Assembly (NCBI GenBank): GCA_002269645.1
Contig: NIVC01003335.1
Location: 37,787-101,786 of the forward strand
Length of the DNA: 64,000 nt
Source of the DNA: Macrostomum lignano
Taxonomy: Eukaryota
Direction of reading: 5' to 3'
The translations under genes were made by a program, and so were the position numbers. The notes beneath the pieces are model-generated. The model searched no databases, was not told the origin of the DNA, and saw only the letters and a list, made by a program, of their open reading frames with translations. Below, one piece after another: positions 23,701 through 43,760 of this stretch. How positions within the stretch are numbered: the stretch's first letter is position 1; each line of letters starts with the position of its first letter.

Positions 23701-26700
23701 GAGGCTGTTCAACACCCTGTTGCTGCTTTCGCTGGACCAGTCTGCCGTCACCGGCACTGCTGCCAACGTTGACATCAACATCGAAGACGAGGACGGCGAC
23801 CAGCTGCTGATGCCGGAGGAGAAATTCGGCGTCGATCCGGGAGTGTTCGACGCTTTCTACGAAATGTGGAGCAGCCGGGTGCGCGGCCTGCTGGACGTTG
23901 ATGCGCCCGAGGATGGCGCGGTGAGTCTGTTGCTGACTCCACTGTAACAAGCTTAAGATCGAATATCAACCTTCCGTTTTTCCACCACCCGCAACTCAGT
24001 TCCTGTAGCATCATTCCAGATCCTCAGTTGCTGAGCCAGTCTCCCAGATGCTCAGTTGCTGGGCCAGCAGATCCTCAGTTGCTGGGCCAGCAGATCCTCA
24101 GTTGCTGGGCCAGCAGATCCTCAGTTGCTGGGCCAGCAGATCCTCAGTTGCTGGGCCAGCAGATCCTCAGTTGCTGGGCCAGCCTCTCAGATCCTCAGTT
24201 GCTGGGCCAGCCTCTCAGATCCTCAGTTGCTGGGCCAGCCTCTCAGATCCTCAGTTGCTGGGCCAGCCTCCCAGATCCTCAGTTGCTGGGCCAGCCTCTC
24301 AGATCCTCAGTTGCTGGGCCAGCCTCTCAGATCCTCAGTTGCTGGGCCAGCCTCTCAGATCCTCGGTTGCTGGGCCAGCCTCCCACATCCCTAAGCAAAG
24401 CTAGTACAGCACTAACTAGCTCATGCCTCCACTATCCAATAATTCAGATCGTCCTCAAAGCCGGCAGTCTGGTGCACGTGGAGAAGCTGGGCGCCGGTCA
24501 CCTCATCCTCACCGACAAGAGACTCTACCTGCGCAGTCCGCAAGGCCACAGCGGCTCCCCCTTTGTATGCCTGGCCAATCTGGACCAGGTGTCCAAAGTT
24601 GAACGACCAACTCGGATGCTCTGGCGGCTGGCCTCAGGGTACGCGTCGCTGAGGATAACAGTGGAGAGCTCCATGCCGGCTGGGCCTGCGGAGAGGTTTG
24701 TTTACCCCAGGTTTCTGACTCCCTACAGCTCAGCCCGAGTTGCATTAAACACCTTCCAGGCCAGTCCCAGTTGTAATAAACCCCCTTAAGGCAATTCCAG
24801 TTGCATTAAACACCTTCTAGGTCAATTCCAGTTGCATTAAACACCCACCAGGTCAGTCCCAGTTGTAATAAACACCCTCTAGGTCAATTCTAGTTGCATT
24901 AAACACCCTCTATGTCAATTTCAGTTGCAATAAGCACCCTCTAGGTCAGTCTCAGTTGCATTAAACACCTTCCACGCCAGTCCCAGTTGCATTAAACACC
25001 CTCTGGGTCAATTCCAGTTGCAATAAACACCCTCTACGTCAGTCCCAGTTGCATTAAACACCTTCCACGCCAGTCCCAGTTGCATTAAACACCCTCTGGG
25101 TCAATTCCAGTTGCAATAAACACCCTCTACGTCAGTCCCAGTTGCATTAAACACCTTCCACGCCAGTCCCAGTTGCATTAAACACCCTCTAGATCAATTC
25201 CAGTTGCATTAAACACCCACCGGTCAGTCCCAGTTGTAATGAACCCCCCTCTAGGTCAATTCTAGTTGCATTAAACACCCTCCAGGTCAGTCCTAGTTGC
25301 ATTGAACACCATCCAGGTCAGTCCTGGTTGCATTAAACACCCTCTAGGTCAGTTCCAGTTGCATTAAACACCCTCTAGGTCAGTCCCAGTTGCAATAAAC
25401 ACCCTCTAGGTCAGTCCCAGTTGCAATAAACACCCTCCAGGTCAGTCCCAGTTGCATCAAACACCCTCCAGATCAGTCCCAGTTGCATTAAACACCCTCT
25501 AGATCAATTCCAGTTGCATTAAACACCCACCGGTCAGTCCCAGTTGTAATGAACCCCCCTCTAGGTCAATTCTAGTTGCATTAAACACCATCCAGGTCAG
25601 TCCTAGTTGCATTAAACACCATCCAGGTCAGTCCTAGTTGCATTAAACACCCTCCAGGTCAGTCCCAGTTGCTTTAAACAACCTCCAGGCCAATTCCAGT
25701 TGCTTAAAACACCCTTTAGGCCAATTCCAGTTGCATTAAACACCCTCCAGGCCAATTCCAGTTGCATTAAACACCCTCCAGGCCAATTCCAGTTGCATTA
25801 AACACCCTCCAGGCCAATTCCAGTTGCATTAAACACCCTCCAGGCCAATTCCAGTTGCATTAAACACCCTCCAGGCCAATTCCAGTTGCATTAAACACCC
25901 TCCAGGCCAATTCCAGTTGCATTAAGCGCCCCTGCAACCATTTTCAGCAAGTCACTGGATCGTCACCAGTCCGCGCACCAGCACAACAGCAGCCACACCA
26001 TATGGCTGAAGGGTGATCTGCCGGCATGGTACACTGTGCTAGAAGAATATCTGGCGGCCGTGAGAGCATATCGCATAGCCAAGGACAGAACCATACTGCA
26101 CAAGGCTTGCGAGAATGCCCTCATTATTGACACCCTCCTGGCACTGGCTTCAGTGGAGGGTAGCCAGTTTCACCGGGCTGACAAACAGCTCATGGACTGT
26201 TTTCTGTACTTTAGCAAGGGCCGCTACGATTGCAGCCTGCCCGCTAGCACCTACGACAGTCTGGTTAGCAAGTTTAATCCGGCTTTTGGCGAATCAGAGA
26301 AGGTCACCATTGTTGGCCTGTTTCCAATGAGCAATGCTGCTCAGTACAGCTACCCAGAACCTATCTATTGCGCATTCAACACCAGCACAATGTCCAAATT
26401 GGCTATTGTGGATGTTGAGGCTGGACAAATCGATTGTGTTGTAGCCAGTCCGCCAGGCAGGATTCACTGCGCGATGCAGGTCTGTGTCTGCTTCTGTGCC
26501 TACCGTCTCACCTACCCTGCCTACTGTCTCACCTACCCTGCCTACCGTCTCATCTACCCTGCCTACTGTCTCACCTACCCTGCCTACCGTCTCATCTACC
26601 CTGCCTACTGTCTCATCTACCCTGCCTACCGTCTCACCTACCCTGCCTACTGTCTCACCTACCCTGCCTACCGTCTCATCTACCCTGCCTACTGTCTCAC

Positions 26701-28701
26701 CTACCCTGCCTACCGTCTCATCTACCCTGCCTACTGTCTCACCTACCCTGCCTACCGTCTCATCTACCCTGCCTACTGTCTCATCTACCCTGTCTACCGT
26801 CTCACCTACCCTGCCTACTGTCTCATCTACCCTGCCTACCGTCTCACCTACCCTGCCTACCGTCTCACCTACCCTGCCTACCGTCTCATCTACCCTGCCT
26901 ACTGTCTCATCTACCCTGTCTACCGTCTCACCTACCAGCTGTCTACCGTCTCACCTACCCTGTCTACTGTCTCACCTACCAGCTTTCTACCGTCTCACCT
27001 ACCCTGTCTACCGTCTTATCTACCCTGCCTACACCCTGTCTGCCGTCTCACCTACCAGCTGTCTACCGTCTTATCTACCCTGCTTACCGTCGTCACCTAC
27101 CGTGTCTATCGTCTTTTCAACCCCGTCTACCGTCTCACCTACCCTGCTTACCGTCTCATCTACTATCTTATCTACAATTTTAACTTGCCTAGCATTCTGT
27201 CTACCGTTTCTTGTACTACCCTGTCTACTGTCTCATCTATTCTGTCTACCATTTCCCCTACTACAAATGTTTACTCTAATTTCTGTCTTCTCAGGTGAGC
27301 AGCGAGCCGTCGCACTTCTGGTTGGCCACCTACCATCACCAGAGCGGCAGTCAGCTGACTGTGATCTGCACCGCCCATCGTACTCATTCAACCGAGGAGC
27401 GCTTGATAGGTCACCGACATCCGGTGCTGAGCATGGTAGAAGTTAACGATCACTGCTACTCAATCAGCAGCGGATTCAGCATCGCCGACAAGCAGCCAGC
27501 CGAAATTTTAGTCTGGCACACTGCTCAAAGAAAGCTGCTAAGACGAGTAGACTGCGGACCGGGTGTCAGGCCAGTGTGCTTGAGTCCGATCACCGCTGCC
27601 CACCAATGTGCAGGCGGATGCGATATGAGCGAAGTAGTCAAACCGTTGCTGCTGTTCTGCAGTCGCAGGTTTGGACGATTAGAATTGCTTGCCTAAATAC
27701 TACTACTTACTAAGTAGATTAAAAGTCCATATATGGCCCAACTCCTAAAAATCTTTAGTCCTCCAGTCACGCGGCCCTAGACAAAATTTTCTACCCCCTC
27801 CAATGTACACCCGCTCTAGCCTAACTGCTCCAATCCTCCAGCCACGCGGCCCTAGGCAAATATTCCCCCCCCCAATGTACACCCGCTCTAGCCTAACTGC
27901 TCCAATCCTCCAGCCACGCGGCCCTAGGCAAATATTCCCCCCCCCCAATGTACACTCGCTATAGCCCAACTGCTCCAATCCTCCAGCCACGCGGCCCTAG
28001 ACAAATATTTCTACCCCTTAAATGTACATTGCTCTAGTCAAGGCACTACTGATGTGATTCGTCTACACCTACTACCATTGATTTCCAGAGCAATCTTCAG
28101 CCTAAATGCCAGTCACAAGCCTCAACTCTTGGTCAGCTTAGAATCCGGTGGCCATTTTGAATGCGATCGATTGTTAGCTTTAACCACTCAAGACCATCGC
28201 CTAGTGCTGGTGGCAGCCTCTGATCGAGTTGGTGAACTACGTTTCTACCCTACGGAGCTTGGCCCTAGCAACAAACCGGCTCTAACAGTTCGAGAGCCGG
28301 CTAGCCGACTAAAGCTACAGTGCCCGTCCGAGACTGGCCGCTGTCGAGGCATTGGCTCGCTGTGCCAGCTAACCGTGCCGGAAGATTCTAAAGACCCTAG
28401 CAACAAAGCTTCAGCTAAGAAATCTATGCTGCTAGTTGGCTGCAAAGAGGGCTACATCTTTCTAGTTGAATTCGGCTTTGGGAAGGCCGACAGCCAGTGT
28501 TGCGAGGCCCGACAGCTGCTTTCGCTGCACGGCCACGCCGACGTTGTGGAGTGTCTGACCGCGCCGCCATCGCCTGGTCGGTGGTTTCTGAGCGCCGCTC
28601 GCAGTCACGATGGCTACATCGCAGTGTGGGACTCGAGGACGACGGCGAGGATTGCTAGCCTAGCGGGACCGGACGAGACAAAGGGGAAGAAGAAACAATA
28701 G
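17064..28701 (+). CDS. DENND3: DENN domain Rab-GEF with uDENN/cDENN/dDENN, GRAM/PH-like domain and C-terminal WD40 repeats (DENND3-like), 11 exons, about 1565 aa
   Basis: Exons: 17064-17254, 17827-17998, 18446-18883, 19765-20010, 21287-21897, 22168-22746, 23227-23920, 24448-24695, 25948-26479, 27295-27668, 28089-28701. Splice phases are consistent and the total of 4698 nt is divisible by 3. Motifs: RLLEVLVVVG, LPDLCYPEG, LFRSLPLDDILLLLSALLTDQRIV, FLGAPQPFFFG, GTMFDAFL, GHLILTDKRLYL, HGHADVVECL...DGYIAVWD. Confidence 0.85.
17349..17655 (+). mobile_element. tRNA-derived CORE-type SINE, full length (family A)
   Basis: A box tagcctagtgg, B box ggttcgattc, then tgtgtcctggagcaagacacttaactc...cagttcacccagcggtaaaatgggt (resembles the MIR/CORE consensus), a conserved body and an (att)n tail. 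Near-identical to the copies at 28785 and 58505. Confidence 0.88.
19008..19728. repeat. 17-19 bp minisatellite in DENND3-like intron 3
   Basis: (gtcttgaattggtcaccgt)n at the edges and a homogeneous (gtcttgaattggtcagt)n core. Confidence 0.95.
20550..20788. repeat. (ACT/ACC)n microsatellite
   Basis: Direct reading. Confidence 0.95.
22765..23195. repeat. 16-bp minisatellite in DENND3-like intron 6
   Basis: (agctacaccatctcag)n. Confidence 0.95.
24018..24385. repeat. 22/31-bp minisatellite in DENND3-like intron 7 (same family as 63465-63970)
   Basis: (agatcctcagttgctgggccagc[ctctc])n. Confidence 0.95.
24750..25925. repeat. 31-bp minisatellite in DENND3-like intron 8
   Basis: (ccagttgcattaaacaccctccaggccaatt)n. 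Confidence 0.95.
26497..27250. repeat. 21-bp minisatellite in DENND3-like intron 9
   Basis: (cctaccgtctcacctaccctg)n; open in all three plus frames, which explains the long repetitive ORFs. Confidence 0.95.
27755..28040. repeat. About 58-bp tandem repeat (4-5 copies) in DENND3-like intron 10
   Basis: cctccagccacgcggccctaggcaaatattccccccccaatgtacacccgctctagcctaactgctccaat repeated. Confidence 0.9.
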
Positions 28702-28784
28702 GGAAGAAACAAACTTCCAACTACCATTGAACACTACAAGTTTTGAAAGCGTATTTAATGAATTTGATCCGAAATTCTAGTGAA

Positions 28785-29097
28785 GGGGATTGTAGCCTAG
28801 TGGTTAGAGCGTCGGACTCACGACTAAAAGGTCGGGGGTTCGATTCTCGACCCCACTCGGAACAATTTGTGTCCTCTGAGCAAGACGCTTGACTCTACAT
28901 TGCTTCAGTTCACTCAGCTGTAAAATGGGTGCCAGCATTAGCTGGGGTAATTGAGGCTGTGTTTGTGGCAACCCCCAAGTCCTTGGACTGAACAGCCGTA
29001 CGCAGCCTTCAGATGGGCCGCGCAATAGCTGCGGCTGAGCTGTCGGTTGCACATCTGCCGCAATTAGAGCAGGTGTAATCAATGATTATTATTTATT
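28785..29097 (+). mobile_element. tRNA-derived CORE-type SINE, full length (family A), just downstream of the DENND3-like stop codon
   Basis: Colinear with 17349-17655 over about 300 bp. Confidence 0.88.
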
Positions 29098-29713
29098 GGT
29101 TAAAAAACACTGCGCTGTTCTACTCTACTATTTCTAATGACAAAGCGACTAGTAAGACACTCTGTTGCCCAATGAAACCTGGGCGAGCCATTACATGTAT
29201 GTTGCTTTTTTGCGCCAGATGAGTCATTCCAGAAATTTTTAAACGAACTTTTAATTTTGTGTCTATTTAGATGATTTTTTACAAAGAAACCTTCAAGTGC
29301 AATCGAATTTTTTATGGTTGTTACACTGATTTTTACTGTACTCGTAATAGTGCATAATCAGTTTTTGATTTCTTAGTTGGTTCCTGCAATTTATTGTTGA
29401 TTTTTTAAGTATATGGTTTCAATCTTTTTTTAACTTCGACTTGACAAATATACAATATATTGGTGCTAGAATTGCGCTTATGACAAAGTCAGTTTTTGAT
29501 AATAAATTAAATTTGATTATTTGTGTTTAGTTTAGTTCTTAGTTTCAGCATTAACAAACTATTTCCTTTGTTTAAATAACTTCTAGAAGGATTCAGATTC
29601 GTCTATGGCACAATCCCAATTATCGGCATGCAAAAAGTGAATCTCTCTCTCGTAACACGTTACTTAAACATGGAATGACCCAGTCAGTCATACTACTTAT
29701 ATGCTACGCATAG

Positions 29714-37897
<8,184 letters not shown>

Positions 37898-38949
37898 TGC
37901 TTGACTGGCATTGCTCAATGTCTTTAAGAGTCGATCATTGTCTGTCACGGAAGCGCGTGCATTTAATTATTATTCTAAATCTAAACTTATAGCTCCGGTT
38001 AATCCTGAAGTATAGACAAATGACTGCTGCGGAGACTGGTCTGCGCTCGTCTTTGATTGGTCGGCCGGGTCGCACAAGTTTGTGTCCGTTGCCCGTTCCA
38101 GCCCTGTACGTCCCAGTCGCTAACTCGCAGGATAGTCAATTGACAGTTGACCGAGGGCTTCCTTTATACTGGTGGCTTTATTCGGGAAACGGAAGCACTT
38201 GTCGTAGGCACACATGCTATTCGGTTTACTATGTACTTTATAAGAGGCCCCAATAAATCTCTAATGATGCCTGACGAGCACAGAAGTTCACGCACGGAGT
38301 CTCTGGACGACTCCTACTGAACTATTATTAACCAAATTATAAACCAAGCATGCATCCTGTACAAGCCATGTATGTTGATCGACGTGCTTTTACATAACCT
38401 TGACGTTCGGCCTATGTAGAAGGTCTCTCCAACCAAATTACCATGTACAACGTCGTCCATCGACGGTATATCGATGTCCGGATACGTCGACCGAGGTGTT
38501 TGAATCGAGATTGATTTGACCAATAAAAATTCGGAAAGAAATTTTATGAAAATCGGTAGAACGGACTTAAGAAAAATAAGCTCTTTGCAGATCTGGAATG
38601 GATTTTACTCGTATCATAGACAAGAGTCAGTCAAGAAAACTCTGCGCTGGAAAAGTACACTAAAGAGATATCAGCAACTGAAATTTCCCTGAAACTTTGC
38701 TTGGTTGGTTTGTTTGCTAGGTGCTTGCACTGGGTTGCTGATGAGAAAGTCAACACTGATGTTCACCCATATGATCTAGGAGTGTTTGTTTTATGTTCAT
38801 AGCCTCCTGTGCTGTCTGAAGTCCACTGACGCCAACAGCACCCCAGCAAACTAGCTTGTATGTAGCTCGATATGTAAATCACTCTCTTGAAATGAGCCGT
38901 TGCTCAGAAATGACATTTTCGCCTATATTTATCGATGTCTGCTAACCAG

Positions 38950-39860
38950 AATTCATGCCTATTGCAGTTCTCTGAAATAGATCTAGACCCAGAAACACAC
39001 GACATTCAATTCCTCTAGCCCTTACAAGAATAAGAGCTGCTTGTACTTCGTAAAAAGTTGTGTTGAACAAGGTCTCAAGAATCGTTCACTAAAGTTTCTC
39101 ACTCAAGGATCGCTTGTCTAACGCTGGAAACCTGGACAGGGTCCAACAAGGACTTAACCTTATAGCCTTTGTAGCCTTATGCTGCTATTCAATATACTCT
39201 TTTCCCAAATCACTAGCTCAAATTCCCAAATTCAGACTGGGGCAACGCTTACGGAAAATCAATAAAAACAGACCCCAGTTCACAACATTCTGCCACCGAA
39301 ACAAGGTTTAGCCATAGAAAAAATTTTCCCCAGTCTGAATTGACTGAGTTGAATTTCCGCTAGTTTTTTAGAACTGGACTTTGATCAAAATTGAATGTTA
39401 AAGGTGTAATACTAAGTTATAGTAACATTTATTTGAAATAGGAGTTTCATTACAGACGATAAGGAGAAATCTTTCATCAAACGACAATATGGTCTAGCTC
39501 ACGGTGTGATTCCAATGGAAATGACTCAAAAGTTACAGCTATAGTTTTAGTAAAAATATTATTTCTTTTCTTTGCTGTTCCCCCAATGGGGGCAAAGACC
39601 GCTAGTCCAACTGACTATGAAGCAATATCATCGATAGCATCGGTTCACTCGTTTTTGAGCATAGGAATTCTGTTATAATTAAAAATAAACACTGCAGCAA
39701 ACTTTGCCTTAAGCATCAACTGTTTGCTAAGTTGGCGAGCATTCATTTCGCTACTTAATGTCCTTATAGGAGGGAGTGCATGGCAATTAAAACCATCTTC
39801 CCATTAGAAAGCGAGGCAACTATATTCACAGCAGAACTTGCATTTTGCATTGAGAATGGG
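38950..39860 (+). mobile_element. Highly degraded LINE-like relic (RT end and RNase H)
   Basis: The fragment ATIFTAELAF near 39815-39845 resembles the S(I/V)(F/Y)xAELxAI RNase H motif of I/Ingi-type LINEs; the upstream sequence is stop-ridden. Confidence 0.35.
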
Positions 39861-39999
39861 TTAGAAATGCGTTGTCAACTCATTGGAAAATAAGAGGCAT
39901 TCGAAATTTCCAGCAAGAAAATTTTCCTATAAAACCTCGTTGGCGTACCAGCTGTTTTTATCCATTGTCTGCAGTTGCTGCAGCTCTGACTGCTGAATC

Positions 40000-40749
40000 A
40001 TGCGGAGCGGCATCATCAGAGTTCGCCTCCAGCTGCTCATGCTGCCACTCCTTCTGTGGCACAGCGCGTCAGGAAGTTTTTACCATCGAAGGCACGGATT
40101 TCTCTGCATCCGGCCCGAGTACCAGACTACGGTGTCGGGCGTCACGTCCGACATCCTGTGCGCGGATTTGTGCAACAATGACCAGCGCTGTCAGGCCTTC
40201 AGCCTGGCTGACGGCCCTTGCCAGCTGTTCGTGTTCGACAAGTGCAGCAAGTCGGTGAGGGACTGCGGCTGCTCCAGGAGAGGCCGGGTGTTCGTGAAGC
40301 AGCAGCCGGGACTCGAGCCGGGCGCGCTGTGTCCGTCAGGCTTCGCCATGGACCTGTGCGGAGTGAAGTACAAGGCCTTGCTGACACGTGCACCTTGGAC
40401 TACTCAGAGGCAGGCTTGCGAGTCGACCAACGGCTTGGTGATCATGGCTGACGTGACCAGCAGCGCTGAGATGTCGCATATCGGACAGCTTTACGTTAAC
40501 AACTTCACTGGTGGCCAGTCGATGTGGCTTAACGGCCTTCAGGCTCCCGGGAGTGTTAAGCCCGACGGAGGCTGGAGCTGGGTCACCTGCAACATCACAA
40601 TGGATGCTAGCTTCTGGGCCAGTGGCGAGCCTGACAATGGAGGCGAAAACGGAACCGAAGACGTTATTTTTGCGAGCACGAAGTTGCGTGACAGCAAAGA
40701 GGGAGCCACCCTTGCTGGTCTGTGCGAGTGCCCGTCACCGTTTGATTGA
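40000..40749 (+). CDS. Secreted protein with PAN/apple-like N-terminal module and C-type lectin domain (single coding exon, 249 aa)
   Basis: Hydrophobic signal-like N-terminus; apple-type Cys pattern CADLCNNDQRCQAFSL...C; CTLD features CPSGF, W..QRQACES, MWLNG, GGWSW, FWASGEPDN, LCEC. Confidence 0.8.
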   Translation: MRSGIIRVRLQLLMLPLLLWHSASGSFYHRRHGFLCIRPEYQTTVSGVTSDILCADLCNNDQRCQAFSLADGPCQLFVFDKCSKSVRDCGCSRRGRVFVKQQPGLEPGALCPSGFAMDLCGVKYKALLTRAPWTTQRQACESTNGLVIMADVTSSAEMSHIGQLYVNNFTGGQSMWLNGLQAPGSVKPDGGWSWVTCNITMDASFWASGEPDNGGENGTEDVIFASTKLRDSKEGATLAGLCECPSPFD

Positions 40750-41010
40750 CAATGCAATGATTAATAAGTTGCGATGTCTTGGTTTTTGGTTTACTAAAAC
40801 CTACTGATAAAATTAATTAATACTTATTCGTTCCTTTATTACTTCGTCTAGACATCGTCTGACCCACTAAGTTAATAAGTTCAAGAATAAAAGTTAAAGA
40901 AAAAAGTTTAATTTTCGTTCCAACTGCAAACAAAGCATATAGGACTGGTGCTTATTTTTTCAACATTGTTTGTTGACCTGTGTGTAAATGTGAAGAAATC
41001 TTAGTATAAA

Positions 41011-41375
41011 GGGGATGTAGCCCAGTGGTCTAGCGGGGCGCTCTGATGTGCCAGTGGCCCAGGCTCGATTCCAAGTGCAGTCCCATTAATTTGGGGGGGG
41101 GGCTAAATTGGAATCTCGGCTTGGCTCTGCTCGTGCAATTAACGCCCTTGAGAGCCAACCCCTAAGGCACAGTGAAGTGTACATGCCTAACGATAAATAA
41201 AGTTAGGGCCGCTGTACACTCCTGTGTGAGTGTGTGCCTGTGCGTATGACTGCGTACGTATCCACGCGCTTGTGTGCCTGCTCAGGGAGTCGGCAGAATG
41301 AGCAGTAATGCCTCTCGCCGGTTGTGTGACAATGTCGCTTTAAGTGCGCCGGGGTGCACGCGGCCCCCTGTCTCT
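41011..41375 (+). mobile_element. Second tRNA-derived SINE-like family (family B); fragments at about 6265-6390, 18165-18290, 21990-22095 and 56575-56740
   Basis: tRNA-like head ggggatgtagcccagtggtc...ggctcgattcc. The body motifs aagtgtacatgcc...gggccgctgtacac and gggagtcggcagaatg...cagtaatgcctctcgccgg recur at the other positions. tataaa occurs on both flanks. Confidence 0.65.
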
Positions 41376-42383
41376 TATAAAAATGTGTGATACAGCATAA
41401 AACATTTTCCAGTCACTCGTCAGAAGCCACTAGACAATCAAACACCTCAACACCAGACACATCATACCTCATAACTGTATTCGTAAAGAGAGAGAGAGAT
41501 ACGAGTAATTGCGTGTAGTGTCTAAACGCACGAACTTCCACTTCGAGACCGTGAGTCTGGTAACAAAATCGAGTGTTCACTTACTGTCATGGGCTCCTCT
41601 GCTTGTCCTTGCAACGCGCGGGGTTCTCTTCTTGAAGTCTGAAGATTTCTTTTTTCCGGGTTGATTGGTTGTTTACGATATTCAGGGTAAACCTGGTTTA
41701 TCTTTGCGTTATAAACAGTAACATAATTCAAGGTTTTATTTCTACGAGCGATTTTCCGTTTGCGTTACGAGCTACTCTACTTACAGTAGCATTTTGTAAC
41801 TTAGTGATGCTCTACGAGCTAAACGCATATGCTATAGACTAAATCTACATGACAATGATCACGAGTAATTGTAGCCCATTAATAGCGAGGCCAGTAACGT
41901 CTGTGTTAGACAGTGCCTCGAAAGCAAAAACTTATTTTAAGAAGCATACCGTAAGTTTAAGAGAATCGGTTTGTATTATTCTGGGTAGCAGAAATGTTTG
42001 TATGCAGTTGCGGAAGCGTTCGCTAAAGCACGCCGCTGCACATTCCCGTGAACCCGGGGGTATCATGCCAGTACTTTCTTCCACTGTTCAGCAGCATTCC
42101 AAATGATAGTCTTTTGTACTGGGTGGGCTTCAAGCTTTCTTCCCAAACTTTATCCCCATCGGCTGGGAACACCGGGGGCAGGGAAAGTGGCACGTGACGT
42201 GTGCTGTACTTGAACTTTTCGCTAAACGAATAGCTGAATTCGAATCTACCTTGATCGTGGCTTAGACGAGGATATTATGGGATAACTTGGGAAATCATCG
42301 AGATGACTTAAACGCTCTCATCGCGCAGCAGATATACAGGCAAAGATATTCGTCGAGCGGCTTCAGTCTCACCAGCATTCACA

Positions 42384-42782
42384 ATGGCGTCTTTGCGTGC
42401 ACCGCCGGCCAGATTCGACACAGAGTGCAACCAGCGACGTCGCAGCCAGTCCTGGAGCGGATCGCGTCGCTGTCTGGGGCCTCTGGAGCGTGGCCTCTGC
42501 TGCGACTCCCGACGAGAGCTGTACCAGCTGAACAGGCTCGCCAGACGGCACATCATGCTGAGAATTGAGCGAGAAATTCCCTCCAATGCGGAGCAGCGAC
42601 GTCGGGAAGTTGAAGCGCAGCTTGTCCAGCAACACGGTCAGTTGCTAGGCAACAGAGAAAATGCTATAGAGACGGTTGCCAGACTGCAGCGCGAGATGGA
42701 CCAGATCCGACTGCTCATGCGACTGGCTGAGTGGGCTCACGGGCCGGGGAATTGCAACCCTCTCCGCCGCGGCTGGGACTGA
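42384..42782 (+). CDS. Orphan single-exon ORF, 132 aa, with a coiled-coil-like C-terminal half
   Basis: True ATG in a good context (cacaATGG), GC-rich like the other exons, heptad-like NAEQRRREVEAQL...VARLQREMDQIRLL. No family recognised. Confidence 0.3.
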   Translation: MASLRAPPARFDTECNQRRRSQSWSGSRRCLGPLERGLCCDSRRELYQLNRLARRHIMLRIEREIPSNAEQRRREVEAQLVQQHGQLLGNRENAIETVARLQREMDQIRLLMRLAEWAHGPGNCNPLRRGWD

Positions 42783-43199
42783 CAGCCTATGGAATATGGA
42801 AAGCTCACTTTAAATACATGTCGATGATTACACGCAGTAAATCTCAATGGAAATGTACTAACTAGATGCAATGCAATTCCTAAATATCATTTTCTGGCCA
42901 TATTTCAAAACATGTCTATACTTCCGGGCAAATACATACGTCATTGAAATTGATTTTTAAAGATTATAATCTTAATTAAAAAGATTTAGAACTTTGTGCC
43001 CATTTTTAATAGCAAAATAATTTTCAGGCCTCGCATTGAACGACACAGGACGCTATGCAAATGTGGAAAAATGTACATGAGCATTTTAAGAACGTTAAAA
43101 AAGTTGTTTGGCCAGTAGACTTTCTTTGATGAAATAATTATAAGAAGAATAGTAAATATATACATAAAAGATCATTAATTTTATACACTGTTCGGCAAA

Positions 43200-43760
43200 C
43201 GCATCTTGGACGTGCTCAAGAATCCTCCGGCAGATGAAGAATACAGCAGGTTGAAGGAGCGGCTCGTCGTAGCCTACGGCCTCACCCGACAGCAGCGGGC
43301 CAGTCGCCTTCTCAACACATGACCGGGCTCGGCGACAGACAACCGAACGAGAGCTAAATAATGGATGAGATGCTCGCCCTGCTGGGGAATCACCGAACCT
43401 GCATGCTGTTTGGGGAGCTTCTCCACGAGCAGTTGCTACCTGACGTGCGATGCGGATTTCAGTGATCCAACAACGCGGCTGCGAAACGGGCCAAAAACCT
43501 AAGTGGTCCAGTCGACTGCCTCCGTCCATCAGTTGACGTCAGAGACGACCTAGCAACACTCGATGACAGAGCGGGTGTCGGCGGCAAACAGAGGTAGCAG
43601 CCACCCCAGCAACCAGAGCCTGTCCTAGCCTGATGAGGGCCGCTACCGTTTTCACTGCCAGTTCGGCGCGAAGGCTTACCGCTGATCGGCAACTGATTTT
43701 CTGCGGCACCGCAGCCTGCTGGTGGATCTGCCGAATCTCCTGGACGTCCACTCGCTTGCC
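43200..43760 (+). mobile_element. Degenerate Ty3/Gypsy gag relic
   Basis: Frame-broken translation ILDVLKNPPADEEYSRLKERLVVAYGLTRQQRASRLL / GLGDRQP / MDEMLALLGNHRTCMLFGELLHEQLLPDVR, then FHCQFGAKAYR (remnant Cys/His motif). Contains stops and frameshifts. Confidence 0.7.

Noticed and set aside
26434-27446. Long repetitive ORFs (for example 26484-27446, 32449-33222, 35534-36004, 36746-37403, 53813-54499, 56820-57247, 61269-61822)
   Set aside because: They arise from stop-free tandem repeats inside introns bounded by clear GT-AG sites.
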